Below the pieces are notes generated by a model that did no database searches, was not told where the DNA came from, and saw only the letters and a program-made list of their open reading frames with translations. From a virus: a stretch of DNA of 64,000 nucleotides. The stretch covers positions 37,658 to 101,657 of the IMG/VR virus record IMGVR_UViG_3300005841_000001, one strand, 5' to 3'. The translations under genes and the position numbers were made by a program. Shown here piece by piece: positions 43,001-50,427 of this stretch. Within the stretch, counting starts at the first letter, position 1. Each line of letters starts with the position of its first letter.

Positions 43001-45886
43001 AGCGGGGTCATTCACCGGATCGAGCTCACCGACCAGGACGTCCTCGACCGGTTGCCCGACTTCGAGAACTCGCCACGCATCACCGTCGGGGAGGCCTACC
43101 AGGTTTTCCCTTCGCTGGCCGATGGCACTCCGGTGCGCATCACGACCGGCATCGGAGAGGACTACCGCGCGCTGGCCGCGGGGGTGATCACTATCGGACC
43201 CGACGGCCCGATGTTGCGCACCGGCGACGGCCGGCTGCTCTCGGCGAACGCCCTGATCGACGATGCCAAGGTGCACGCCGCACGTGTCGAGATGGTCGCC
43301 GATCCAGGCGACTTCACCGGTGAAGAAGACCGCTACATCAACGGCGAAAAGTCCGTGCAGGTAGCGGCCGGCGATCGAGTTCAGGCGTTCATCGAGATGG
43401 AGGACCCCAGCGCCGACGGGGGCGTGCGCACCCGGTGGGCCAACGGATGGGTCGAGCAGGTGGATCAGAGCGGCAGCGGGGAGACTCTCGGCGCGCTGGT
43501 GCGCCTGCCCTCGGGTGCGGCGGTTCGAGTGCAGTTCACTGACGGCAAAACCAGTCGTCTACGTCGCAAGGGCGGCCCGACGAAGCGGACCCTGGCCGCG
43601 GTCAATGCGGCCAGTCCGACCGCGCGGGGGATCCAGAAGCCCGACCCGCAGCTGAGCGGTGGCGTGCAAGCGGTGTCGATGTCCACGATGCTGCTCGGAT
43701 TGAACGCTTTGGACGGCACTGATCACCTGTTGGACAACGAGGCCGCACCATCGGAACGGCTGCGTGAACTCGCCGACCTTCTCGAGCACGATCAGCCTGA
43801 TCTCTCGCCGAACGGCGGGGCGACGCTCTATCACAACGAGGTCCCCGTCTCGCCGCGCCTGATCCGGTTCTTCGCCGGCCGGCCGCCGACTTCCGGGGAC
43901 GAGGAATTGCCTCCCGAGGCACGCGACGCCGCGGTGGCGTTCTCGCGCGCGTTCGCCGTTCGGTCGTTGCGCGCGGCCGCCGACTCGATTGCCCAGTTCG
44001 AGCAGATCGAGGAGCCGGACCCGGAGCGTCGGAAGGAACGGCTCGAGAACGTCCTGCGCACGACAATGACCAGTCGTTCACTGGCCAACCGTGCCGTCAC
44101 CGAGATCAACGCCGCCTACGGAGAAGCGATCGCCAAGGCCGGCGAAACGAACGCCGTCGACGACAACGCGCCTGCCGAGGGCCTGCGCCGGCGCGTCACC
44201 GACGGCGCCGCGCGCGCCGCGCAGACGACGTTCGACAACACCGTTTTGGCCATGGTCAACTCCGGACAGACGGACCTGAGTCCGGTTCAGATTCGCGCCG
44301 TGGTCGAGCGGACGATGGACGACCCCAAGGTGGGCGGTCACCTGGCCGGATTCAACGACGCGACCGCCGGCGACACCGAGGCCTCGAGCAAACTGCGTTC
44401 GACGATCGCCGAGGCCGTCGCAAAGGACGTCCTCGAGGCGCAGCAGGGTGGCAAGCTCAAGAGCGAGTGGGACGCGATCATCCAAGAGCGCTCCACCGGC
44501 GACGTCGCACCGGCCCCGCAGGCTCACGCCGCGGTGGCGAGCGTCGTCGCGGCCGAGCTCGAGCGGGCCGACGTGCTTTCGAAGGTCGATCCGAGCCAGC
44601 CCTACACCGAGCGGATCGCCGCACTACGAGCTCAGTTGCCCGCCAAGGGGCAGGTCGGGAAGCGGGGCTCGACGGTCTACCGGCTCACTGGCGACGTGCT
44701 CGACGGCAAGCTGGAGCTCGTTGCCGAGCAGGCCTACCTCGACGACATTGCGCCCGACGGGGGGCCCGGTCGCGAAGCAATGCGACACCTGGCCGTCCTG
44801 CGGGCCCTCGGCCAGGAAATCCAGGCCGAGTCCCGCCGGCGACTCGACGAGAAGATCGCCGGCGACTCGGACACGCAATTCCGGCGCAGGCGGCTCGAGG
44901 AGATCCGGACGGAGCTGGCCGGCATGCCCACCGAAGCGGAGCTCAAGGCCCGCATCGACGCGGCGCTACAGGCCGAAGCGAGCCAGGAAGACGGCTCGCT
45001 CACCGCAAGCCAGATCGGGGCGATGCGTGTCGCCCTCATCCGCGGGTTCGGTGCGGTGGAGAAGTTCGCCGGCGACCGTAGCTACGGCCGCGCCGGCGCG
45101 AAGATGACGGCGGTGGCCCAGCGGGTCCAGGAGAAACTCGGCTCGGACATCGCGGCCGCTCGCAAGGTCCGTGACCAGCGGGAAGAGCTGCTCGATTCTC
45201 GGCGCCGGATCAAGGCCGCGCAGGACAAGTTCGAGGCGCCGCTACTGGCTCAGACTCGCCGTGAAGCCCTCGCCGGTGTGCGCGATCTGGGCAAGCCGGG
45301 CGACGCGCGGTTCGAGCTCGGCGAGACCGGCACGATGACGGCGGAAAAGACGAAGGGGTACATGGACTGGGTGGCCCAGCACTACCCGGCCGAGTGGCTC
45401 CCCCACGCCGGCGAGGTCACGATCACGCAGCAGACTGGCCGCGGGTTCTACAGTGACTTCAACGATCGCATCGAAGTGTCGAACGTCTACGACCAGCCTC
45501 GGTTCGCCAACGCCGTCGGCGGGCCGTACGGCCAGGTGTTCATCCACGAGTACGGGCACCGGATGGAGAAGAAGATCCCCGGTCTACTGCACGCCGAGTG
45601 GCTGTTCCACTGGGACCGGACCAGCACCGGCGCGGTCGGCTCGCGCGAACGCGAAGGCACCCAATGGGTGGGCGACCTCGTGCCCGGCGGTGGGTACGGC
45701 CAGGATGAGTTCACGATGCCGGACGACTTCGTCCACGCCTACTCGGGGAAGGTGTACGGCAATGCCGACCTGAATACCCCTGCGTGGGAGGTCTTCACGA
45801 TGGGGATGGAGTCGCTGTTCGCCGGCTCGACACACCTGGACAATGACTACGAAAACTGGATGCTGGGCGTCCTGGCGGGAGTTTGA
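37013..45886 (+). CDS. Giant (2957 aa) fusion: HK97-type prohead protease + unknown domains + C-terminal zincin metallopeptidase
   Basis: N-term D.VDDVIIPGAFKRTL, GHDWNRPIG, SIGY, DLDLFEYGPV..PAN; C-term FIHEYGHRME..YSGKVY..WEVFTMGMESLF. Confidence 0.85.
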   Translation: MTVPAGLEYKTAGTLTPEIPPALAGPKHEGIVTAIVAVTGVKDDVDDVIIPGAFKRTLAERRPKVCLGHDWNRPIGKTLDIKELMPGDPDLPKTTGEGQPWPVEAGAVIARSQYNMDTEDGRKAFQDAMFYGEQECYQSIGYRVPPEGKKFKGGVRYIHDLDLFEYGPVLHPANRLATIQSTKDDGGAREDNAVKPAEIKARKYVKDSAYWGLPVGTLITPGMKPRGRTALAERRAGKTPDRNAGVATEPLKPSPATGKPRSVPHKPEKAKEERDSAGLFPEPDAPEGARVKPSDPQGLDAEHVQDLVENEAGEQDHVARDHAFNGLIDEGITPAELEEDLRASEHWPDEMPEEDRQARIDDVVNDYRRQYRREAARQASNPEPREQHPDDDNLAVEKEEAEGTAKPELEPDAKRDITTLTPEELDKYMEVARKGSLSNVGDKQRRYQDVYAKAQAEKLRRADVERRSVPAHPLDPKAYAEATRAVEARRGRVADVQRRNQEISKTNAQIDASEEVATNAPETMKKLPAGAGKKVSKAGNGRVAFRGKGTANWAIVSADGRAIVSPLNFESEGRGNVKLSGPQLDELADRIVGITNSKGDRAPFTDPDSEKWVPGFRDSDGRSLEQAVSKVVADYANERGLKSGTRTRIGADSVPWGHKQGEHGVVNAEGFHPQERIQDVGIGDQVKLRNGDVKTIAKKEEATGSQRDRYGVDVFTLTFDDGTTEKFSTGQRFDTKYSDENNPDAEGRLNDPGMGYTSDSNLGSKRDKLRPTFKGDGDVPAGTRFIYTPDRADGDNRPRVGTVTDRVMNANGHEFQVVEYDDGTFDGVNVSKLAADGKIKLKPTPEDEADARAQWGVGDGATETGSDLGEGESDTEDVGASEGDGTPPEGEPADDTAPEGDQPPAADDDEAARVAKLGAEDNPDRTPIAGLANQLTGQAKPDVSDVSTEDLNALDQEFARRADLLGKPGAVTRAHQAVKDELTTRTDTGAEPAPEPDGGLGADEAVISRAEVDDAQRIADEILGVTEGPDGELEADPDVADRQDRVEALLDQAESGALDLESASDDVVTGQRRDLVEELRFQNAVARRDSRQRQITRADEGGRQPRAEGDTEPDAGTEAEGTGPAPESKARPGVAGAAEDLADALDDNDQQAAAAAVARLESSVRRSRSDSEHLAPLREALAGDGGIQAALDAGTITPATLRDFAKNLRDERRQQANTRARARRTVKRLERERLRGLIGAYDTELRRRNLEPENFGGLVPAIDEGAGRPEVTGDADLPEGTEAGELDVSNAETGPSGERASRLVAEPWRVVNSDDAAMNGGDATSAATRKAAAAAFAEVADKYAPVLREATPEQLAAAEAKLDKRGADVRSEAMVIALLLPRGTQRDAFMADMRTAMGNYQTNLAALQARADRGEVSLDPAPELGSIAPGRVGWGGRLNALAPRQRADRPAGTPPFSTVSQVKSNLKSLTAPAGSSDFEQKTFTEGRDQLIREIDAAGNDVFLSPGGGLLAFRATTRDGKRWFLIHTQSGQSIPSLFNFDGRQTALTPATGRGVEAQRYDLDGPAMRRLMTAFETMQDPRGRQVDFTESDPDRFAQNLVGWRDFSADGTVRPAFVDGRPRYNDSMEGAAILEAVRDDMRRYGTTSAVHRATQMVAGGTEYTGVNGRSPQQYRQLMNEQFPFALQDFNYGRKRVRGIGPSEDRTPGELKSDKDTAAAIDQARALIQTGNPVEAVSVLRARAAELKDTDGERGGRFGSQRLEGLANQTADLFSPAQSDMDRLIGAQQNDVIAVASTDDEPPMLFRLTVEPRLVLTRNDGTRLYQASVTSDRMGDQDVTIDTADQYGVRIGDRSATREQTNLGQSGINQWAVYRAEEGQGAPVDNTQILRDSKRTLREFDRSAGFGDGEDEGDQGGGGGGPDQGPDGGPDETGGERPVAAEGKAITVDQAKIGDLVAIPSGQDEPPFVGHVMGKNVLEDTRALLVLGPQGDVRTYPLDASGVIHRIELTDQDVLDRLPDFENSPRITVGEAYQVFPSLADGTPVRITTGIGEDYRALAAGVITIGPDGPMLRTGDGRLLSANALIDDAKVHAARVEMVADPGDFTGEEDRYINGEKSVQVAAGDRVQAFIEMEDPSADGGVRTRWANGWVEQVDQSGSGETLGALVRLPSGAAVRVQFTDGKTSRLRRKGGPTKRTLAAVNAASPTARGIQKPDPQLSGGVQAVSMSTMLLGLNALDGTDHLLDNEAAPSERLRELADLLEHDQPDLSPNGGATLYHNEVPVSPRLIRFFAGRPPTSGDEELPPEARDAAVAFSRAFAVRSLRAAADSIAQFEQIEEPDPERRKERLENVLRTTMTSRSLANRAVTEINAAYGEAIAKAGETNAVDDNAPAEGLRRRVTDGAARAAQTTFDNTVLAMVNSGQTDLSPVQIRAVVERTMDDPKVGGHLAGFNDATAGDTEASSKLRSTIAEAVAKDVLEAQQGGKLKSEWDAIIQERSTGDVAPAPQAHAAVASVVAAELERADVLSKVDPSQPYTERIAALRAQLPAKGQVGKRGSTVYRLTGDVLDGKLELVAEQAYLDDIAPDGGPGREAMRHLAVLRALGQEIQAESRRRLDEKIAGDSDTQFRRRRLEEIRTELAGMPTEAELKARIDAALQAEASQEDGSLTASQIGAMRVALIRGFGAVEKFAGDRSYGRAGAKMTAVAQRVQEKLGSDIAAARKVRDQREELLDSRRRIKAAQDKFEAPLLAQTRREALAGVRDLGKPGDARFELGETGTMTAEKTKGYMDWVAQHYPAEWLPHAGEVTITQQTGRGFYSDFNDRIEVSNVYDQPRFANAVGGPYGQVFIHEYGHRMEKKIPGLLHAEWLFHWDRTSTGAVGSREREGTQWVGDLVPGGGYGQDEFTMPDDFVHAYSGKVYGNADLNTPAWEVFTMGMESLFAGSTHLDNDYENWMLGVLAGV

Positions 45887-46254
45887 TCATGATCTGGGTC
45901 ATGGGCACCGACAGCGATGGCGTCGCTTACGAAGTGGCCATCGGTCGCGACGGCGGGGGCACCCTGGTCGACAACATCACCGGCGAGCACCTGCCGGCGG
46001 ACATGTACCCCGCGGTCTACGGCGGGGGCGTGGCAGGAACAGAGATCATCTGCTCGGACCTGACGGCCGCCGACGGGGAGGCGGTGCTGCTCACCCCCAC
46101 CGGCCCCACGGTTCCGCTGTCGGCTGACGACCCTCGTTCGGTGGTGCTGTGGCTCATGGCGAACACGACCGTGAGCACGATCGCCGGCGACCTGAGTCCG
46201 ATCCAGGTGACGCCGGAAGTGGTCGGCGACCGGACACCGGACGCCGTGTTCTGA
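45883..46254 (+). CDS. Hypothetical acidic protein coupled to metallopeptidase end
   Basis: TTGA overlap or ATG at 45889; GGGAG RBS. Confidence 0.7.
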   Translation: MIMIWVMGTDSDGVAYEVAIGRDGGGTLVDNITGEHLPADMYPAVYGGGVAGTEIICSDLTAADGEAVLLTPTGPTVPLSADDPRSVVLWLMANTTVSTIAGDLSPIQVTPEVVGDRTPDAVF

Positions 46255-46315
46255 TCCTCTTCGGCGCGTCGCCACGGCGACAAGTCGACAAATCATTAGC
46301 CTCTCGCGTGAGAGA

Positions 46316-46365
46316 CGCTTGGTACTGACCGGCGCCCCTCGTGCGCGCTTGGTGCTGACCGGCGC
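46316..46365 (+). repeat. 20-bp direct repeat in capsid-gene leader
   Basis: CGCTTGGTACTGACCGGCGC / CGCTTGGTGCTGACCGGCGC, 30-bp period. Confidence 0.75.
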
Positions 46366-46409
46366 GAAGTAGTCAGCCCGTGATCAAGCACGCACAGAGG
46401 AGAGGGCCA

Positions 46410-47786
46410 ATGCCCGGTATCGCTACCCGGATCGAAGAGCTTCAGAAGGAAGGCGCCGCGCTCAAGACCAAGATGGACGAGGTCTTCGAGAACGGTTACA
46501 AGTCGACCGACGACGGCGCGGTCCTCGACCCGAAGATGGTCAAGGAGTTCCGCGCGATGAACGAGCGCGCGACCGCCATCGTCAAGGAGATCAACGAGTA
46601 CAAGGGCGGGTACAACGCCCTGGCCGCGCTCGCCGGCAAGAACGCCGGTGACGGTGACGACGAACTCGCCGCCCTCCCGCTGGCCGCCCGCGGTCTGCTG
46701 CTGCCCCCGGGTGCCGGCCAGTTCAAGAGCGTGGGCACGCGCTTCCTCGAGTCCAAGGAGTTCAAGAACCGCCAGCCGAACGGCAACACCGCGAGCTTCG
46801 AGCTCGAGCACGACATCGTCGGCGGCGGCGTCGAGCGCAAGGATCTCTACAGCGCGACCGGCGGCACCCTGACGCACCTGGCGTTCGGCCACGTCGACCG
46901 CGAGCCGCTGGTGCAGCGGCCCTACCGCAGCGGTCGTGTGCGCGACCTGTTCCCGGTGGCCAACACCACCGCGAACCTGATCGAGTATCTGCGGGTCCTG
47001 GGCTACCTCAACGGTGCGAACAACGCCGGCATGGTGCCGGAGCGGACCAGCGACAACTCGAACTTCGGCCTCAAGCCCCACACCGAGCTCCAGTTCCAGC
47101 CGGCGCAGGCACCGATCCGCACGATCGCCCACTGGGAAGTCGCGCACCGCAACACCCTCGACGACGAACCCCAGCTCCAGTCCATCATCGACACCGAGCT
47201 GCTCTACGGCCTCCGGCTGATGGAAGACGCGCAGCTGCTCAACGGTGACGGCAACGGCGAGAACATCCTGGGCATCCTGCGCACCCCCGGCATCCAGGAG
47301 TACCCGGGCGCCGGCCTGGGCTACGGCCAGACCGGTACGCCGGTGCAGGCGAAGGACACCCGGATCGACGCGGTGCGTCGCGCTGCGACCCGGATCATGC
47401 TCGCCTACTACGAGCCGACCGGTGTCGTCTGCCACCCGTTCGACTGGGAAGCGATGGAGCTGACCAAGGACGCGAACGGCAACTACATCGTCACGTCCAA
47501 CGTCCAGATCGGCGCCGAGCAGCGGATCTGGCGGATGCCCGTCGTCGCCACCCCGGCGATCGACGAGGGTACGGCGCTGACCGGCGCGTTCGGTCTCGGC
47601 GCGAAGGTCTACGACCGGCAGCGCTCGAACATCCGGATCGCCGAGCAGCACGGCGACCTGTTCGTTCGCAACGCCGTGGTCGTGCTGGCCGAAGAGCGCG
47701 TCGGCCTCACCGTGAGCCGGCCGGAGTCCTTCATCAAGATCGACTTCGACTCGGCTGTGGCGACCCCGGCGGCCCCGGCGGTCTGA
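46410..47786 (+). CDS. Major capsid protein (HK97 fold, N-terminal delta domain)
   Basis: VRDLF, IRTIAHW...LDDEPQLQSIIDTELLYGL..EDAQLLNGDG, FVRNAVVVLAEERVGLTVSRPESF. Confidence 0.95.
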   Translation: MPGIATRIEELQKEGAALKTKMDEVFENGYKSTDDGAVLDPKMVKEFRAMNERATAIVKEINEYKGGYNALAALAGKNAGDGDDELAALPLAARGLLLPPGAGQFKSVGTRFLESKEFKNRQPNGNTASFELEHDIVGGGVERKDLYSATGGTLTHLAFGHVDREPLVQRPYRSGRVRDLFPVANTTANLIEYLRVLGYLNGANNAGMVPERTSDNSNFGLKPHTELQFQPAQAPIRTIAHWEVAHRNTLDDEPQLQSIIDTELLYGLRLMEDAQLLNGDGNGENILGILRTPGIQEYPGAGLGYGQTGTPVQAKDTRIDAVRRAATRIMLAYYEPTGVVCHPFDWEAMELTKDANGNYIVTSNVQIGAEQRIWRMPVVATPAIDEGTALTGAFGLGAKVYDRQRSNIRIAEQHGDLFVRNAVVVLAEERVGLTVSRPESFIKIDFDSAVATPAAPAV

Positions 47787-47878
47787 TCGGAGAACCCGCG
47801 TACGGGCCCCGTGGCGCTTGCCACGGGGCCCCCGCGTGGCTCCCCGGCCCCCTGACCGGGCGGACTTAGGGTGATCGC

Positions 47879-48286
47879 ATGACCGAGACCACCGAGGGCG
47901 ACGGCGTCGCCCACCTCAAGAACCGACGCAAGAATCCGCCGCCCGCGCAACGCCGGCGACCGGCCGTACTGGTCGCCGCCGGCAAGGCCACCTCGACCGG
48001 CTCGCCGATCGCCGACGCGATGTCCCGGCGCGAGACGCTGCTGTTCGACCCGGGCGAGATTCAGCCCGTCGTGCCCGGCTCGGTGCTGGGCACCGGCGCC
48101 AAGCTGGACGACCTCTACGACGTCGCCGAGTGCGACTTCACCGAGCTGATCGTGCCCGACGGTTGCCGCACCGCGACGGCGATCAAGCGCTGGAACAAGA
48201 GCGACTTGGTACGCAAAGACATCTACGCCGCGTGGCGGAAGGCCTACGGATCCGAGGCCGGAGACGGGAAGACCGGGACGGAATGA
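47879..48286 (+). CDS. Hypothetical head/neck region protein
   Basis: ATG 6 nt after TAGGGT; position after MCP. Confidence 0.7.
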   Translation: MTETTEGDGVAHLKNRRKNPPPAQRRRPAVLVAAGKATSTGSPIADAMSRRETLLFDPGEIQPVVPGSVLGTGAKLDDLYDVAECDFTELIVPDGCRTATAIKRWNKSDLVRKDIYAAWRKAYGSEAGDGKTGTE

Positions 48287-48918
48287 CGGAACCGGGCTGG
48301 GACGACGAAGAAGAGATCAACAGCATCGTCACACCGGCGAGGCTGAACCGCTTCATGTCCAGCCCGCGGTGGACGGACGAGCAGTGGCTGGCCAGCGTCG
48401 ACGTGCTCGAGGGCCTCGAAAGCCAGCTGGCCGGCAAGCTCAACACCTACATCAAGCCCGTGCCCTACGCCGAGACGGTGACCATCCTCGGCTCCGGCCA
48501 GCTGAACACCTCCCATCCGGTCGCCGAGGCGACGAAGATCGACACCACGGTGGTGGTCGGCGGCGTGCTTCCGAGCGGATGGACGCTGCGCGAACACCGG
48601 CTCTACAGCCCGCCGCCGTCTCCGCTGCTCGGCCAGCCGTTCAGCCTCTCGCAGTGGAGCACCGGCTACGGCGAGACGGCTCGAGTCGCGGGCGTCGGCA
48701 CAGCCACCGTCGAGTACCTGGCCGGGTGGGGCAACGTGCCCGCCCTGCGCCTGGCGCTGCTGAAGAAAGCTCGGATCGTCTTCCGCAACCAGCACGACGA
48801 CAGCGTGCGCGTGTCCGATCTGGACGCCGAGAACCTGCCGGAACCCGGCGAGGAGGAGTGGACCGAGGCCGAACTGAAGGACCTCGAGCGCTTCCGCAAC
48901 CTCGTCGCGTGGCGGTGA
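48283..48918 (+). CDS. Putative head-tail connector/adaptor
   Basis: ATGA overlap; TVEYLAGW..PALRLA motif; synteny. Confidence 0.7.
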   Translation: MTEPGWDDEEEINSIVTPARLNRFMSSPRWTDEQWLASVDVLEGLESQLAGKLNTYIKPVPYAETVTILGSGQLNTSHPVAEATKIDTTVVVGGVLPSGWTLREHRLYSPPPSPLLGQPFSLSQWSTGYGETARVAGVGTATVEYLAGWGNVPALRLALLKKARIVFRNQHDDSVRVSDLDAENLPEPGEEEWTEAELKDLERFRNLVAWR

Positions 48919-48921
48919 GCC

Positions 48922-49413
48922 ATGAAGGTCACTTTCACCGCGCGCGGGTTCGACAAGGCTCGCCACGATCTGCATGCGATGCGGGAACGGGTGCAGGATG
49001 TCCGGCCGGCCTGGGATGTGGTGCTGACCTGGTGGGCCGAGCGAAACGTGACGAATTTTCGTAACGCCGGGAAGCGGTGGCGTGCAGCGTGGAAACCGCT
49101 CGCGCCGGCCACGCTGGGGGAGAAGCTCCGGCTCGGTTACCCGCCGGACATCCTGGTGCGCTCCGGCGACCTGCGCAAAAGCCTCACGATCCGTCCGCTG
49201 GGCGTCGAGATGCTGCGTCCGCACGACGTCGAGGCCGGCACGGATGTCGACTACGCCGGCTTTCACCAGCGCGGGACGAAACGGATGCCACGGCGTCTGC
49301 TGGTCAACGCCCGGGCAGTCCAGCAGGAAGGCGTGGTCACCGCCGCTTTGATCAACTGGATCGTCTCCGGCAAGCAGAGCACCCGCAGTCGCAAGATCGA
49401 GAGGGTGAACTGA
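48922..49413 (+). CDS. Virion morphogenesis / tail completion protein (Mu gpG-like)
   Basis: WKPLAPAT...ILVRSGDLRKSL...GTDVDYAGFHQRGTKRMPRR. Confidence 0.85.
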   Translation: MKVTFTARGFDKARHDLHAMRERVQDVRPAWDVVLTWWAERNVTNFRNAGKRWRAAWKPLAPATLGEKLRLGYPPDILVRSGDLRKSLTIRPLGVEMLRPHDVEAGTDVDYAGFHQRGTKRMPRRLLVNARAVQQEGVVTAALINWIVSGKQSTRSRKIERVN

Positions 49414-49415
49414 CC

Positions 49416-50051
49416 GTGAAAGGTGCCGACGGCGTCCGCGACCAGATCGCCGCGCTGCTCCAGTTCGAAGTCGCCCGGAAGGTCCCGCTGCTGCGCACCG
49501 CGTGGGACCTGACCGCTACCTCGATGCCCGAGATCGAACAGCTCGTGTCCGGTGAGCCACCGGACAGCGTGCTCGATTCCAGCGGCAATACGTGGGTCAA
49601 CGTGATCAACCCGCGCTTCCTGAAGACGCAGCGGGTCGATATCCAGCGCGGACTCCCGGTCTACCTCACCCGTTACTCGTGCCGCATCTACGTCTGGGCC
49701 AAGGCCGACAGCTGGGCCGACGTCCGTGCTGCGCGCGACCATCTCGCCGCGGCCTGCCGGCTCGCGCTCTTCGAATATCCGAACCTCACCCCGGGCGCCC
49801 GCGGGGACACCGGGTACCGACTGCACGAGAACACCTACACCGAGGAGTTCGGCGAGCCGTTCCGGGTGCGCAACTCGAAGGGCAACCGGGCGTGGGCCGG
49901 CGCGGTGCTCGCCATCGACGCCGATGTGCAGGAAACCCTCGAGGACGGATCGACCCGGCCACCGATCGGGGAGCTGGAGAACCCGCAGAACACGATCACC
50001 GTGACCGCCGCGGCCGCCGGCCCCGGCCAACCACTGCCAGGAGAGGACTGA
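49416..50051 (+). CDS. Putative tail terminator
   Basis: Synteny between neck and sheath; GTG start. Confidence 0.6.
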   Translation: MKGADGVRDQIAALLQFEVARKVPLLRTAWDLTATSMPEIEQLVSGEPPDSVLDSSGNTWVNVINPRFLKTQRVDIQRGLPVYLTRYSCRIYVWAKADSWADVRAARDHLAAACRLALFEYPNLTPGARGDTGYRLHENTYTEEFGEPFRVRNSKGNRAWAGAVLAIDADVQETLEDGSTRPPIGELENPQNTITVTAAAAGPGQPLPGED

Positions 50052-50057
50052 TTGATC

Positions 50058-50327
50058 ATGCCCGGAACCCAGCGCAAGAAGACCGACACCGTCGCCCCCG
50101 AGCCGGACCCGGAGGAAAGCAGCTCGGCCCCGCAGGTCAAGCCGGAGGCCGACACCGCCTCGAAGTCGGACGAATCGGCCAAGCACACCCTCCTCAACCC
50201 GGGTAACACGACGATCACCTACACCGAGGATGGCCAGCAGCTCGACCCGGGCAAGACCGTCAACGTCGACGAACTCGACGACGTCGCCAAGGCCGCGATC
50301 GAGCGCGGCTACCTGATCGAGAAGTAG
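50058..50327 (+). CDS. Small hypothetical protein preceding sheath
   Basis: GAGAGG RBS; synteny. Confidence 0.65.
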   Translation: MPGTQRKKTDTVAPEPDPEESSSAPQVKPEADTASKSDESAKHTLLNPGNTTITYTEDGQQLDPGKTVNVDELDDVAKAAIERGYLIEK

Positions 50328-50427
50328 GCCGATCCCGGCGCGCCGACCCGGTCGGACGCGGGCTCGGTGACATCATTCGCACTGGTAGCGCGCGGCGCGC
50401 GACACCCGATGAGGAGAGGACCAGCAC

